Shown: positions 1 to 8,485, counted from the stretch's first letter. The stretch: DNA of 64,000 nucleotides from Candidatus Woesebacteria bacterium (GCA_003484955.1 DMZH01000001.1:87848-151847); one strand, 5' to 3'. Numbers and translations are program-made. The notes: generated by a model not told the origin, from the letters alone.

Positions 1-295
1 AGTACATTCGTCCGCCTCTTAAGGTCACACTAAGCCCTACCGGCATTCCCGCACGAAGCGAGAAAGAGGCAATTGACACTTTTGCGTTGCGAACTGATGG
101 GGCTTGTCCTGTAATCGTCGCCAAATCCTTTTTCAAAGCATCTGTTTGTTGCTGGTTTTTTGAAAGATTTCCTATTCCTACATTAACAACAACTTTTTCA
201 ACTTTCGGAATTGCAAACGTATTTTTAGTACCAAACTCCTTGGCTAAAACATTCTTAACCTTTTTTTCGTATTTTTCCTGTAATCTTGTTATCAT
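1..295 (-). CDS. rplE: 50S ribosomal protein L5, N-terminal part (gene continues beyond window start)
   Basis: Hand translation of minus strand from ATG at 295..293 gives MITRLQEKYEKKVKNVLAKEF..., the typical L5 N-terminus. It lies directly downstream of rplX, as in the spc operon. Not in the ORF track because it is truncated. Confidence 0.7.
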   Translation of the reverse strand, partial: MITRLQEKYEKKVKNVLAKEFGTKNTFAIPKVEKVVVNVGIGNLSKNQQQTDALKKDLATITGQAPSVRNAKVSIASFSLRAGMPVGLSVTLRGGRMY

Positions 296-299
296 AACT

Positions 300-614
300 T
301 TATTTTGTATCCATTTCCTTTCCGCATTTTTTACATATTCTGACCTTTTCTTCGCCTGCAAATTTAAACCCTACTCTTGTCATTTTTTTACATTTAGGAC
401 AAATAATGGCAATTTTACCAAAACCCAATGGTCTTGGAATATCATAAATTCCACCTTTTACATCGCCAAATCCTTTGACGTGTTTTTTGTAAAGGTTAAC
501 TCCGGGAATCAGGGCTTTTAACTCGCCAGATAGAATTTTTTCAATTTTACCCTCTCTCCCTTTGTCTTTTCCTGCCGTTATTTTGACTGTATCTCCTATT
601 TTAAATTTCAACAT
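300..614 (-). CDS. rplX: 50S ribosomal protein L24 (KOW domain) with C-terminal CxxC...CxxC zinc-ribbon-like motif
   Basis: MLKFKIGDTVKITAGKDKGREGKI is the KOW/L24 signature. Position between rplN and rplE fits. C-terminal CPKC-x19-CKKC. Confidence 0.9.
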   Translation of the reverse strand: MLKFKIGDTVKITAGKDKGREGKIEKILSGELKALIPGVNLYKKHVKGFGDVKGGIYDIPRPLGFGKIAIICPKCKKMTRVGFKFAGEEKVRICKKCGKEMDTK

Positions 615-650
615 ATTTTTATTTACAACTTCATAAGTTGCAAGCTTTGC

Positions 651-1016
651 TTATACTACTTCGCGGGCAAGCGATGCTATTTTATTGTAGCCTGCTTCTT
701 TAATTTCCCTTGCGATGGGTCCCAAAATCCTGGTCCCTCTGGGAAGTCCCTGCTTATCGATTACAACACCTGCATTATCATCAAATCTGATATAACTTCC
801 GTCTTTTCTTCTAACTTCTTTGTGAGTTCTGACTATGAGAATTTTGACTTTCTCGTGATCGGCGACGACTCCTGCCGGATCCGCATCTTTTACAACTCCA
901 AGAACCACATCTCCCAAAGTGGCAAATCTACCGACTCTGCCGGGAACGCCAATAATCATTATTCTCTTAGCACCGCTATTGTCTGCCGGAACCAACATTG
1001 TTCTTAGTTGTACCAT
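651..1016 (-). CDS. rplN: 50S ribosomal protein L14
   Basis: MVQLRTMLVPADNSGAKRIMIIGV... aligns to L14. Operon position fits. Confidence 0.95.
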   Translation of the reverse strand: MVQLRTMLVPADNSGAKRIMIIGVPGRVGRFATLGDVVLGVVKDADPAGVVADHEKVKILIVRTHKEVRRKDGSYIRFDDNAGVVIDKQGLPRGTRILGPIAREIKEAGYNKIASLAREVV

Positions 1017-1040
1017 TGTTTTATCATAAATAAGCTTTGC

Positions 1041-1289
1041 TTATTTTTTAACCTCCTTTTTATCACCAACCACCTGCACAATTTTCCATTTTTTAGATTT
1101 GGAGTAAGGTTTGCTGTCCGCAAACTTCACAACATCGCCCACCTTAACTCCAATTTCATCATGAACTTGATATTTAGTTGACCTTACAAACCTCTTTTTA
1201 TAAATCGGGTGTATTTTCATTCTCTCCACGGCAACAGTTGCAGTCTTTGCCTGTTTGACTCCGATTACTTTACCGTTAAAAATTTTCAT
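1041..1289 (-). CDS. rpsQ: 30S ribosomal protein S17
   Basis: GKVIGVKQAKTATVAVERMKIHPIYKKRF matches the S17 pattern. Operon position fits. Confidence 0.9.
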   Translation of the reverse strand: MKIFNGKVIGVKQAKTATVAVERMKIHPIYKKRFVRSTKYQVHDEIGVKVGDVVKFADSKPYSKSKKWKIVQVVGDKKEVKK

Positions 1290-1301
1290 AATATTTTATA
1301 G

Positions 1302-1565
1302 TTATTTAGTTTTTTTCTCCTGTCCATCCGAAACCTCGGCGGGGGAGGATTTTAGTTGCAAACTCTCAATTATTTCTTTTTCACGAACCAGGGTTAGTAT
1401 TTTAGCAATTTCCTTGGCTAAATTCTTGCGCACTTTCAAATTTTTCTCTTTTCCACCAAGCATCTTCATTTTTGCTTTTTCTGCTTCAAGTTTTTTTTCC
1501 AAAGCAATTTTTTCCAACCCCTGTATGTTTTTTCCTCTTAAATCGTTAAATTCTTTTCTTTTCAT
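1302..1565 (-). CDS. rpmC: 50S ribosomal protein L29 (with C-terminal extension)
   Basis: Small K/E-rich helical protein between rplP and rpsQ. Start MKRKEFNDLRGKNIQGLEKIALEKKLEAEKAKMK is typical of L29. Confidence 0.85.
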   Translation of the reverse strand: MKRKEFNDLRGKNIQGLEKIALEKKLEAEKAKMKMLGGKEKNLKVRKNLAKEIAKILTLVREKEIIESLQLKSSPAEVSDGQEKKTK

Positions 1566-1567
1566 TG

Positions 1568-1981
1568 TTATTTTCCCCCCCTGCTGACTACTTTTATGTC
1601 GATAGGTAGCTTTGCGGAAGCTTTCCTAAATGCTTCCCTAATTGCCCCTTCTTCGGCACCTGCAACCTCAAAAAGGATAAATCCTGGTTTAACAACCGCA
1701 ACATAGGTTGAGATATCTCCTTTTCCTCCACCCATTCTTTTTCCTGCGGGGCGACTTGTGATTGGTTTATCCGGAAAAACTCTGACCCAAACTCTTCCGC
1801 CTCTTTTCAAAGAGTGTGTAATCGTTCTTCTGGCTGACTCAATTTGAGCAGAAGTTATCCAAGCAACTTCTTGCGCTTTCATTGCATAGTCTCCGAATGA
1901 AATCGAATTTCCACGGGTAGCAGCACCTCTACGTCTACCTCTAAAATCTTTTATGTATTTTCTTCTTTTTGGTTGCAACAT
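1568..1981 (-). CDS. rplP: 50S ribosomal protein L16
   Basis: MLQPKRRKYIKDFRGRRRGAATRG is the L16 N-terminus. Confidence 0.95.
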   Translation of the reverse strand: MLQPKRRKYIKDFRGRRRGAATRGNSISFGDYAMKAQEVAWITSAQIESARRTITHSLKRGGRVWVRVFPDKPITSRPAGKRMGGGKGDISTYVAVVKPGFILFEVAGAEEGAIREAFRKASAKLPIDIKVVSRGGK

Positions 1982-1989
1982 TTTTTTGA

Positions 1990-2643
1990 TTAGGCTTCAG
2001 CCTTTTTATGTATCCACACCTTAACTCCCACATATCCTCTTTTTAAAAGTGCCGGAACCTGAGCATAGTCTATATTCTCGCGCAAAGTCTGGGACGGAAC
2101 CGATCCTTGATGAAATTTCTCGACACGGGATATTTCGGCACCATTTATACGGCCTGCCAAAACCACTTTTATTCCCAGAGCTCCTGACGCCATAACTCTC
2201 TCAATTGCTTTTTGAACTGCACGTCTGTGGGGAATTCTTCTCTCCATCTCGCTAACAATTCTTTCTGCAACTAAATACGCCGAAAGTTCGGGACTTTTGA
2301 CCTCATTAATTCGGATATCAATTTTAAGATCTTTAACTGTCTTTTTCCTGACATCATTCATGATTCCTAAAATATACTTTTTAACATCTTCAATTCCGGT
2401 TCCCCCTCTGCCGATTACAACACCCGGACGGCTTACTGTAATCGTAACAACAATACTTTTTGGCGACCTTTCAATTTCAACTCCTGTAATTCCGGCGAGT
2501 TTAAGCTTTTTAGTCAGTTCCTTTCTTATCCTGATATCCTCAATCAAAAACTGTTTAAAGCTGTTGTTATCAGCAAACCACCTTGATTTCCAAGGAAGAA
2601 AAGTGCCAATTCTGAAACCGGTTGGGTTAACTTTTTGCCCCAT
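1990..2643 (-). CDS. rpsC: 30S ribosomal protein S3
   Basis: MGQKVNPTGFRIG is the S3 signature. KH domain region present. Confidence 0.95.
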   Translation of the reverse strand: MGQKVNPTGFRIGTFLPWKSRWFADNNSFKQFLIEDIRIRKELTKKLKLAGITGVEIERSPKSIVVTITVSRPGVVIGRGGTGIEDVKKYILGIMNDVRKKTVKDLKIDIRINEVKSPELSAYLVAERIVSEMERRIPHRRAVQKAIERVMASGALGIKVVLAGRINGAEISRVEKFHQGSVPSQTLRENIDYAQVPALLKRGYVGVKVWIHKKAEA

Positions 2644-3052
2644 TTTTTTCTCCTTTCTCTTTTACCTCAATTTTTTCTGTCTTTTCGACAACGACGGGTT
2701 TTTCTACGGTCATTAACACGACCCTGATATGGCTCATTCTTCTTTTGAAGGGATGCCACATGCCGCGGCTGACGGGTTTGCCTCTTTTGAGACGGGGCCC
2801 TTCACCGATTTGAATTTCTTTGAAAACCAAATCCGTATCAGAAACTCCTTGAGCTTTAGCTGCGGCAATCGCGCTTTTGATCACTTTACTAAGATCCCCC
2901 GCTGCCCTTTTTTGTACAAAAGGCAATTTTTCAACGGCTTCCGCCGGCTTCATTTTCTTGATTACCCCAACAACAAGCCTTACTTTCCTGGGGCTCATCA
3001 ATAAATATTTTTGTATTGCTTTAAATTCTTTTTGATTATTCATATTCTTCAT
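2627..3052 (-). CDS. rplV: 50S ribosomal protein L22 (K/E-rich C-terminal extension)
   Basis: PRKVRLVVGVIKKMKPAEAVEKL aligns to the L22 core. Operon position fits. Confidence 0.9.
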   Translation of the reverse strand: MKNMNNQKEFKAIQKYLLMSPRKVRLVVGVIKKMKPAEAVEKLPFVQKRAAGDLSKVIKSAIAAAKAQGVSDTDLVFKEIQIGEGPRLKRGKPVSRGMWHPFKRRMSHIRVVLMTVEKPVVVEKTEKIEVKEKGEKNGAKS

Positions 3053-3053
3053 G

Positions 3054-3335
3054 TTAGGTCTTATCCATTGTGCGCTTTACAATTTCTCCATGTCCTCTAA
3101 ATGTTCTTGTGGGTGAAAATTCTCCAAGTCTGTGACCAACCATATCCTCAGTTACAAAAACATCAATAAAAATATGTCCGTTATGAACCTGGAAATATTT
3201 ACCGACAAAATCCGGTGAAATTTGACACCTTCTTGACCACGTCTTAATAGAACTTTCTTTAAGTCCCATTCCTTTTTCAACTTTTTTAACTAGTATCGGG
3301 TCTACAAAAGGCCCTTTTTTAGAACTTCTTGCCAT
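3054..3335 (-). CDS. rpsS: 30S ribosomal protein S19
   Basis: [21 protein letters not shown]...[33 protein letters not shown] matches the S19 pattern. Confidence 0.95.
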   Translation of the reverse strand: MARSSKKGPFVDPILVKKVEKGMGLKESSIKTWSRRCQISPDFVGKYFQVHNGHIFIDVFVTEDMVGHRLGEFSPTRTFRGHGEIVKRTMDKT

Positions 3336-3336
3336 A

Positions 3337-4089
3337 TTAGCCTAGTACTGATTTTCCTCCTCTTCTTTGAATTATCAAACGATTGGAATATCTCTTTTTC
3401 CCTCTGGTTTTTCCGACTGCGCGTCTCCCGTAAACAGTCTTCGGGTATTTCATTCCGACACTACTTCTTCCTTCTCCTCCTCCGTGCGGATGGGAATGTG
3501 GGTTCATGGCTACTCCACGGACGCTTGGGCGGATTCCCTTGTGTCTGTTTCTTCCGGCTTTTCCAATGACTTTATTTTTGGACTCAACATTTCCGATTTG
3601 ACCTATTTCCGCCATACATTCCGGATCAAACCTTCTTATCTCTCCCGACGGAAGCTTAACCAAAACCCACTTATCTTCTTTTCCAAAAACCACTGCCACG
3701 CTTCCTGCCCCTTTAACTATCTGGCCACCTTTACCCTTTGTCAGTTCTATATTGTGAACCGGGGTTCCTACCGGAATGGCTTTAAGAGAAAGTGCGTTTC
3801 CCGACTCGGTAGGAGCAACTTCCGAAGCTATAACTTTTGATCCTACACCAAGCCCTACAGGGCAAAGAATATAACACCTTTCTCCATCCTCGTATAATAT
3901 CAGAGCTATATCTGCATTTCTATTGGGATCGTATTCTATTTTCTCAACAACTCCCCAGATGTCTTTCTTGCTTCTCCTGAAATCAATGGTGCGCAAAAAT
4001 CTTTTTTCACGACCACCCTGATGCCTTACGGTAACTACTCCGTGAGATCTGCCCGATTTTTTAGCCAGAATTCTTTTAAATGCTTTCAT
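3337..4089 (-). CDS. rplB: 50S ribosomal protein L2 (short form)
   Basis: [29 protein letters not shown] is the L2 C-terminal signature. Confidence 0.95.
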   Translation of the reverse strand: MKAFKRILAKKSGRSHGVVTVRHQGGREKRFLRTIDFRRSKKDIWGVVEKIEYDPNRNADIALILYEDGERCYILCPVGLGVGSKVIASEVAPTESGNALSLKAIPVGTPVHNIELTKGKGGQIVKGAGSVAVVFGKEDKWVLVKLPSGEIRRFDPECMAEIGQIGNVESKNKVIGKAGRNRHKGIRPSVRGVAMNPHSHPHGGGEGRSSVGMKYPKTVYGRRAVGKTRGKKRYSNRLIIQRRGGKSVLG

Positions 4090-4103
4090 TAGTATTTTAT
4101 TGC

Positions 4104-4379
4104 TTATTTCTTACCCTCTTCAAAAACATCGATTTTATCACCACTTTTAAGCGTCACTATTGCTTTTTTGGCCATTCCGACTGAAAATTTTCTACCTTTG
4201 GCATTTTTACCTTTTTCGGGACCGGTTTTTGTGGTTCTGACTGCGGTTACTTTTACATCAAAAAGTTGCTCAACTTTGACAGCAATTTGTTTCTTATTCA
4301 TATGGTTATCAACCCTGAAAGTGTAGTTCCCGAGTTTTGCTTCTCTTAAGCTTTTTTCTGTAAAAATTGGTTTCAACAT
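4104..4379 (-). CDS. rplW: 50S ribosomal protein L23
   Basis: Small protein between rplD and rplB. MLKPIFTEKS...KGRKFSVG is L23-like. Confidence 0.9.
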   Translation of the reverse strand: MLKPIFTEKSLREAKLGNYTFRVDNHMNKKQIAVKVEQLFDVKVTAVRTTKTGPEKGKNAKGRKFSVGMAKKAIVTLKSGDKIDVFEEGKK

Positions 4380-4381
4380 AT

Positions 4382-5044
4382 TTATTTTTGTTTAGCTTTC
4401 TTTTCAGTCTTTACTACTTCAGCGACTTTACTGTCCTTATCTGCCTTAAATATTTCGTTATCCATTACAATCATTCCACCTCTATAAATATCAAGTGCGT
4501 TTGAATCTTTGTAAAAAATGGCTTTTGCGTGCACCAAATTTCTTAAAGCTTTGACAGCTTCTTTAGATTTTTCGGAAAGTACAAATGTAAACCTTTTGGC
4601 GCCCGTAGCCTTAGTAAGGGCTTTAACAAGTTCCTCTGCGGCCTTCGTTTTATCCAATTTTGCTACCCCAGAAACAAAAACTATCTGTTTTTCTTCCGCC
4701 TTCATCGCAAAGGCAAAAATCCTAGCTTTACTTTTGATGTCGTTTGGAAGATTTAACACCCTTCGGATAGGCCTTGGGCCGAGAGCTACTCCTCCACCGA
4801 CAAAGATAGGTGCACGGCGGCTTCCGTGACGGGCACCTCCGGTTCCTTTTTGTTTGTAAAGTTTTTTGGAAGTTCTGTTTACTTCTGACCTGGTCTTTGT
4901 TTTTCTAAGTCCAACATGAGCTCTTTCTTCATAGACATGAATTGCTTGAGCCAAAAGTGGAAGGTTGACTTTTTGATCAAACTCTTTGGGTAAACCCGCG
5001 TCTTCACTTTTAGTTCCTTTAATTGTAAATGTTTGTATTTTCAT
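4382..5044 (-). CDS. rplD: 50S ribosomal protein L4 (K-rich C-terminal extension)
   Basis: KQKGTGGARHGSRRAPIFVGGGVALGPRP is the L4 signature. Confidence 0.9.
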   Translation of the reverse strand: MKIQTFTIKGTKSEDAGLPKEFDQKVNLPLLAQAIHVYEERAHVGLRKTKTRSEVNRTSKKLYKQKGTGGARHGSRRAPIFVGGGVALGPRPIRRVLNLPNDIKSKARIFAFAMKAEEKQIVFVSGVAKLDKTKAAEELVKALTKATGAKRFTFVLSEKSKEAVKALRNLVHAKAIFYKDSNALDIYRGGMIVMDNEIFKADKDSKVAEVVKTEKKAKQK

Positions 5045-5068
5045 AATTTTAGATCTATTTAAGCTTTC

Positions 5069-5848
5069 TTATTCCTTAACCTCCTCTGCCTTCGACGCCT
5101 CTGCTTTAGGAGCTTCTGTAGGACGGTCTTGGCCCTCTGCAGCTTCTTCAGTAACGGCAGCGGCCTCTCCTTCAACAACCTGTGCAACCGTCTCTTTTTC
5201 AAGGTCTTTGAGGCTTCCCGATTTGATCTTTTTGATTGTTATGACGGAACCGGTTGTACCGGGGATCTGACCGGAAATCTCAATTTCACCGTTTTCGGAA
5301 TTGATTGAAATTACATGCAAATTTTTAATGGTTACACCTTCTCCTCCCATTCTTCCCGCCATTTTCTTTCCTTTATAAACTCTTCCTGGAGTGGTTGTTT
5401 GTCCAATGGACCCCGGAGCACGCTCCCTATCGGATTGTCCGTGGGTTCTGGGACCGCCCCTAAAGTGATGTTTCTTAACAACTCCCGCAAATCCTTTTCC
5501 CTTTGAAACTCCGGTTACAGAAACAACATCACCGCGTTTAAATATATCTGAGGCATTTACCACATCTCCTACTTTAAATTCAGGTTCTTTATCAAACCTA
5601 ACCTCTCGTAAGATTCTTGGAAATTTTTTGTCTTTTGATGTTTCTTTAAGGTGTCCTTGAAGTGATTTTGAAGTATTTTTTGCTCTTCTTGAGGAAAAAC
5701 CGAGTTGTACTGCGAAGTATCCGTCCTTGTCCATTTTTTTAATTTGCGTCACGACACAAGGACCCGCGGATACTTTAGTAACGGGAATTCTAAACCCTTC
5801 TACAAAGGTTTGAGAACAAACTCCTTTTAATCCTAAAATTGTATTCAT
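5069..5848 (-). CDS. rplC: 50S ribosomal protein L3 (A/E/K-rich C-terminal extension)
   Basis: From the internal Met, MNTILGLKGVCSQTF aligns to the canonical L3 N-terminus (MIGLVGKKVGMTRIF). The track ORF extends to 5935, but that extension contains a hairpin+T-tract and a promoter-like element, so the start is placed at ATG 5848..5846. GEGV..GQ..RV L3 core is present. Confidence 0.9.
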   Translation of the reverse strand: MNTILGLKGVCSQTFVEGFRIPVTKVSAGPCVVTQIKKMDKDGYFAVQLGFSSRRAKNTSKSLQGHLKETSKDKKFPRILREVRFDKEPEFKVGDVVNASDIFKRGDVVSVTGVSKGKGFAGVVKKHHFRGGPRTHGQSDRERAPGSIGQTTTPGRVYKGKKMAGRMGGEGVTIKNLHVISINSENGEIEISGQIPGTTGSVITIKKIKSGSLKDLEKETVAQVVEGEAAAVTEEAAEGQDRPTEAPKAEASKAEEVKE

Positions 5849-5896
5849 AATTTTGGTTTTGGAACCCCTCGACCAATGTTCGGGGTCATTAAACAA

Positions 5897-5921
5897 CAAA
5901 AAAGCGCCTCTGAAAGGCGCC
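5897..5921 (-). terminator. Hairpin (GGCGCC/GGCGCU stem, 7-nt loop) followed by UUUUUUGUUGUUU on minus strand; terminator- or attenuator-like, upstream of rplC
   Basis: Read directly: minus strand TGGCGCCTTTCAGAGGCGCTTTTTTGTTGTTT. Confidence 0.4.
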
Positions 5922-5999
5922 ATTCGGTGGGGCATCCTTGCAAAGACTCTAATTATCGTGGCTGATATCTATCATAACCACACTCATGTTATGAGGGGA

Positions 6000-6028
6000 A
6001 TTATAACAGAAGTTAAGATCCTTCGCAA
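6000..6028 (-). promoter_or_regulatory. Sigma70-like promoter TTGCGA-17-TATAAT on minus strand, between DUF2934 gene and rplC
   Basis: -35 at 6028..6023 (revcomp TTGCGA). 17-nt spacer. -10 at 6005..6000 (revcomp TATAAT). Confidence 0.4.
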
Positions 6029-6029
6029 G

Positions 6030-6254
6030 CTAAGAAGCGGGCCCTTCCAAAAGCTCAATGATGAACCTTCTTCTGACAATTTCCTCAGCTGCAAGCCAAT
6101 CCTGTTCAGGCGTTCCTTTCGTCCCACTTGCAACTCTTTTTAGGTAGATTCCAAACGCTTGAATGGCAACTTCACTATCGCAACCTAGATATTTCTCCCA
6201 AGATAAACGTTTTTCGACATACTCTTTGGCTCCATTAGGCAGCTCTTTCTCCAT
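6030..6254 (-). CDS. Small protein, DUF2934-like (..GTPEQDWLAAEEIV.. motif)
   Basis: 74 aa. FGIYLKR...GTPEQDWLAAEE resembles the DUF2934 signature (AY.lWe..G.p.G...e.Wl.AE). Inserted inside the S10 operon. Confidence 0.45.
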   Translation of the reverse strand: MEKELPNGAKEYVEKRLSWEKYLGCDSEVAIQAFGIYLKRVASGTKGTPEQDWLAAEEIVRRRFIIELLEGPAS

Positions 6255-6309
6255 GAATAATTCATTAAAAACTTATTTATCGAAAAAGACAAGAATGTGT
6301 ATGGAGTTA

Positions 6310-6852
6310 TTAAAGGGTGTATTCCCAACCAGGTTGCCAAGAGTGAGTTTTACGCCAATCCTCCGCAAAAGCCTGTTCCCAAGTTTTCCCTTTAATTAAA
6401 ACGTCTAAAGCCAATTGGGGAGCTTTGTGGGCAACAATCGCAACATTTTTACCGTCATAGTCTTTTTTAAGAAAATCCAAGAAGTTAGCAATTCTTACTT
6501 TTACGTTTTCATAGCTTTCCCCGTTAGGAAATCTTTCAACAATGTGGGTTTCCTGTAGTGGTTCGACAATTTCGGAAGGTTTTCCATTAAAATCTCCATA
6601 ATTACACTCCCTAAGACGCGGGTCCGAAATAATTTCATATAAGTCCTTAAAGCTCAATTCTGCCGAATGTACGGCTCTTTTTAGATCAGAACAAAAAACT
6701 ACATCAAATTTTTTATCCTTCACCTGGTCTTTTAGAGTAATCGATTGTTCGACTCCTTTTGGAGAAATATCTACATCTTTCCAACCTGAAGAAATATCCT
6801 GTTCATTATCGAAGGTCGTCCCGTGAACAAAGTAAATAATTTCTACGGACAT
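6310..6852 (-). CDS. Histidine phosphatase superfamily (phosphoglycerate-mutase-like) protein, non-canonical VHG instead of RHG
   Basis: YFVHGTTFDN (RHGxxxxN position), SDLKRAVHSAE (SxLxRAxxTA motif) and IVAHKAP (second His). Start is 2 nt after rpsJ stop. Confidence 0.6.
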   Translation of the reverse strand: MSVEIIYFVHGTTFDNEQDISSGWKDVDISPKGVEQSITLKDQVKDKKFDVVFCSDLKRAVHSAELSFKDLYEIISDPRLRECNYGDFNGKPSEIVEPLQETHIVERFPNGESYENVKVRIANFLDFLKKDYDGKNVAIVAHKAPQLALDVLIKGKTWEQAFAEDWRKTHSWQPGWEYTL

Positions 6853-6854
6853 AT

Positions 6855-7160
6855 TTACATCTTTATCTCAATGGAAACTCCGGCCGGGAGGTCAAGATTT
6901 CCAAGAGAATCAACTGTACGGGCTGAGGGGTCAATAATATCAATAAGTCTTTTGTGCACCAAAACTTCGTAGTGTTCCTGTGCGTCTTTATCTGTAAATG
7001 GGGATTCCTTAATGGCCATCATAGTGCGTGCTGTTGGGAGCGGGATCGGACCAACTATTTTTGCACCAGTAGCTAGAGCGGTATCAACTATTTTTGCTGC
7101 CGCTTCGTCCAGTACTCTATGATCGTAACTTTTGAGTTTTACTCTGAGTCTGCTTGCCAT
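6855..7160 (-). CDS. rpsJ: 30S ribosomal protein S10
   Basis: RVKLKSYDHRVLDEAAAKIVDTA...GPIPLPT aligns to S10. Confidence 0.95.
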   Translation of the reverse strand: MASRLRVKLKSYDHRVLDEAAAKIVDTALATGAKIVGPIPLPTARTMMAIKESPFTDKDAQEHYEVLVHKRLIDIIDPSARTVDSLGNLDLPAGVSIEIKM

Positions 7161-7192
7161 TTAGGTTAATGTGCTTACGCCACATTGGCGCA

Positions 7193-8386
7193 TTATTTGA
7201 TTATCTTGGTTATAACTCCGTCACCTACTGTGTGTCCACCCTCTCTGATTGCGAATCTGAACCCTTCTTCCATAGCCACGGGTTGGATAAGTTTAACGTT
7301 CATTTTAGCGTTGTCCCCAGGCATAACCATTTCAATTCCCTCCGGAAGAGTTGCTTCACCCGTAATATCAGCTGTCTTAATGTAAAATTGAGGCTTGTAA
7401 CCAGTAAAGAACGGTGTGTGGCGTCCCCCTTCTTCTTTGCTCAAAATATAAACTTCAGCTTCAAATTCGGTGTGAGGGGTAAGGCTTCCTGACTTGGCCA
7501 AAACTTGACCTCGTTCAACCTGATCTTTTTCAATACCCCTTAAAAGTATACCAACGTTGTCACCCGCTTGAGCCTCATCCAGAGTCTTTCTGAACATTTC
7601 AAGACCGGTTACAACTGATTTTTGAGTGGCTTTAAGTCCAACTATTTCAATCTCTTCATTAACTTTGATAACTCCACGGTCAACCCTACCGGTAACAACC
7701 GTTCCACGGCCTTGAATCGTGAACACATCCTCAACTGCCATAAGGAAAGGTTTGTCTATTTCACGAACGGGATCGGGAATATATGTGTCAACCGCATCCA
7801 TAAGAGCCTGTATTTGTTTTTCAGCATCCGCATCGCCCTCAATAGCCTTAAGAGCTGAACCCTTGATAACCGGTACCTCATCTCCCGGATAACCGTATTT
7901 CTTAAGAAGTTCTCTGACATCGGCTTCAACTAAGTCTATGAGTTCGGGGTCGCTTACCATGTCAACTTTATTGAGGAACACAACAATTGCCGGAACATTG
8001 ACCTGTTTGGCTAAAATTACGTGCTCACGTGTTTGAGGCATTGGTCCATCCGCTGCGGAAACAACCAAGATTGCTCCATCCATCTGAGCCGCACCGGTGA
8101 TCATGTTTTTAATGTAGTCTGCATGGCCCGGAGCATCAATGTGGGCATAATGCCTTTTTGTTGTTTGATATTCCTGATGAGAAAGATTAATTGTAACTCC
8201 TCTTTCTTTTTCTTCCGGAGCTGAATCAATATCTTCGTATTTCTTGGCAACTGCCAAACCTTGTTTGGCCAAAACCATAGTAATGGCGGAGGTTAAAGTG
8301 GTTTTACCATGATCAACGTGACCAATGGTACCGATATTTACATGCGGTTTTGTTCTTTCGTATTTTTGTTTAGCTTCGCCTGCCAT
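7193..8386 (-). CDS. tuf: Elongation factor Tu
   Basis: [23 protein letters not shown] and NKVD motifs. 397 aa. Confidence 0.97.
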   Translation of the reverse strand: MAGEAKQKYERTKPHVNIGTIGHVDHGKTTLTSAITMVLAKQGLAVAKKYEDIDSAPEEKERGVTINLSHQEYQTTKRHYAHIDAPGHADYIKNMITGAAQMDGAILVVSAADGPMPQTREHVILAKQVNVPAIVVFLNKVDMVSDPELIDLVEADVRELLKKYGYPGDEVPVIKGSALKAIEGDADAEKQIQALMDAVDTYIPDPVREIDKPFLMAVEDVFTIQGRGTVVTGRVDRGVIKVNEEIEIVGLKATQKSVVTGLEMFRKTLDEAQAGDNVGILLRGIEKDQVERGQVLAKSGSLTPHTEFEAEVYILSKEEGGRHTPFFTGYKPQFYIKTADITGEATLPEGIEMVMPGDNAKMNVKLIQPVAMEEGFRFAIREGGHTVGDGVITKIIK

Positions 8387-8411
8387 ACTTGTTAATTATA
8401 TATTTTCTTTG

Positions 8412-8436
8412 AAAAAACACAAGGGCAAACAGCCCT
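8412..8436 (-). terminator. Hairpin AGGGC-UGUUU-GCCCU + UGUGUUUUUUC between fusA and tuf (minus strand)
   Basis: Read directly from sequence. 5-bp GC-rich stem followed by a U-run. Confidence 0.45.
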
Positions 8437-8447
8437 CGTTGATTGGT

Positions 8448-8477
8448 ATTATAACTGAAGCTAAAAAGCTATGTCAA
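8448..8477 (-). promoter_or_regulatory. Sigma70-like promoter TTGACA-18-TATAAT upstream of tuf (minus strand)
   Basis: -35 at 8477..8472. -10 at 8453..8448. Confidence 0.4.
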
Positions 8478-8485
8478 CAAGCATC

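Noticed and set aside
87-521. 144-aa plus-strand ORF at the window start
   Set aside because: It lies antisense to rplX/rplE and has low-complexity F/L-rich composition typical of reverse-strand artefacts in AT-rich DNA. The ribosomal genes on the minus strand fully explain this region.
2297-2716. Plus-strand ORFs antisense to rpsC/rplV/rplB/rplD, including 822..1007, 2729..3004, 3367..3840 and 4518..4829
   Set aside because: All are embedded antisense in highly conserved ribosomal protein genes. They have no recognisable domains and their composition is biased (S/F/L-rich).
5849-5935. N-terminal 29-aa extension of the rplC ORF back to the first Met at 5935
   Set aside because: The extension runs through a GC-rich hairpin plus T-tract and lies just downstream of a promoter-like element. 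The internal Met at 5848 reproduces the canonical L3 N-terminus (MNTILGLKG...). The extension is therefore treated as leader RNA, not coding.
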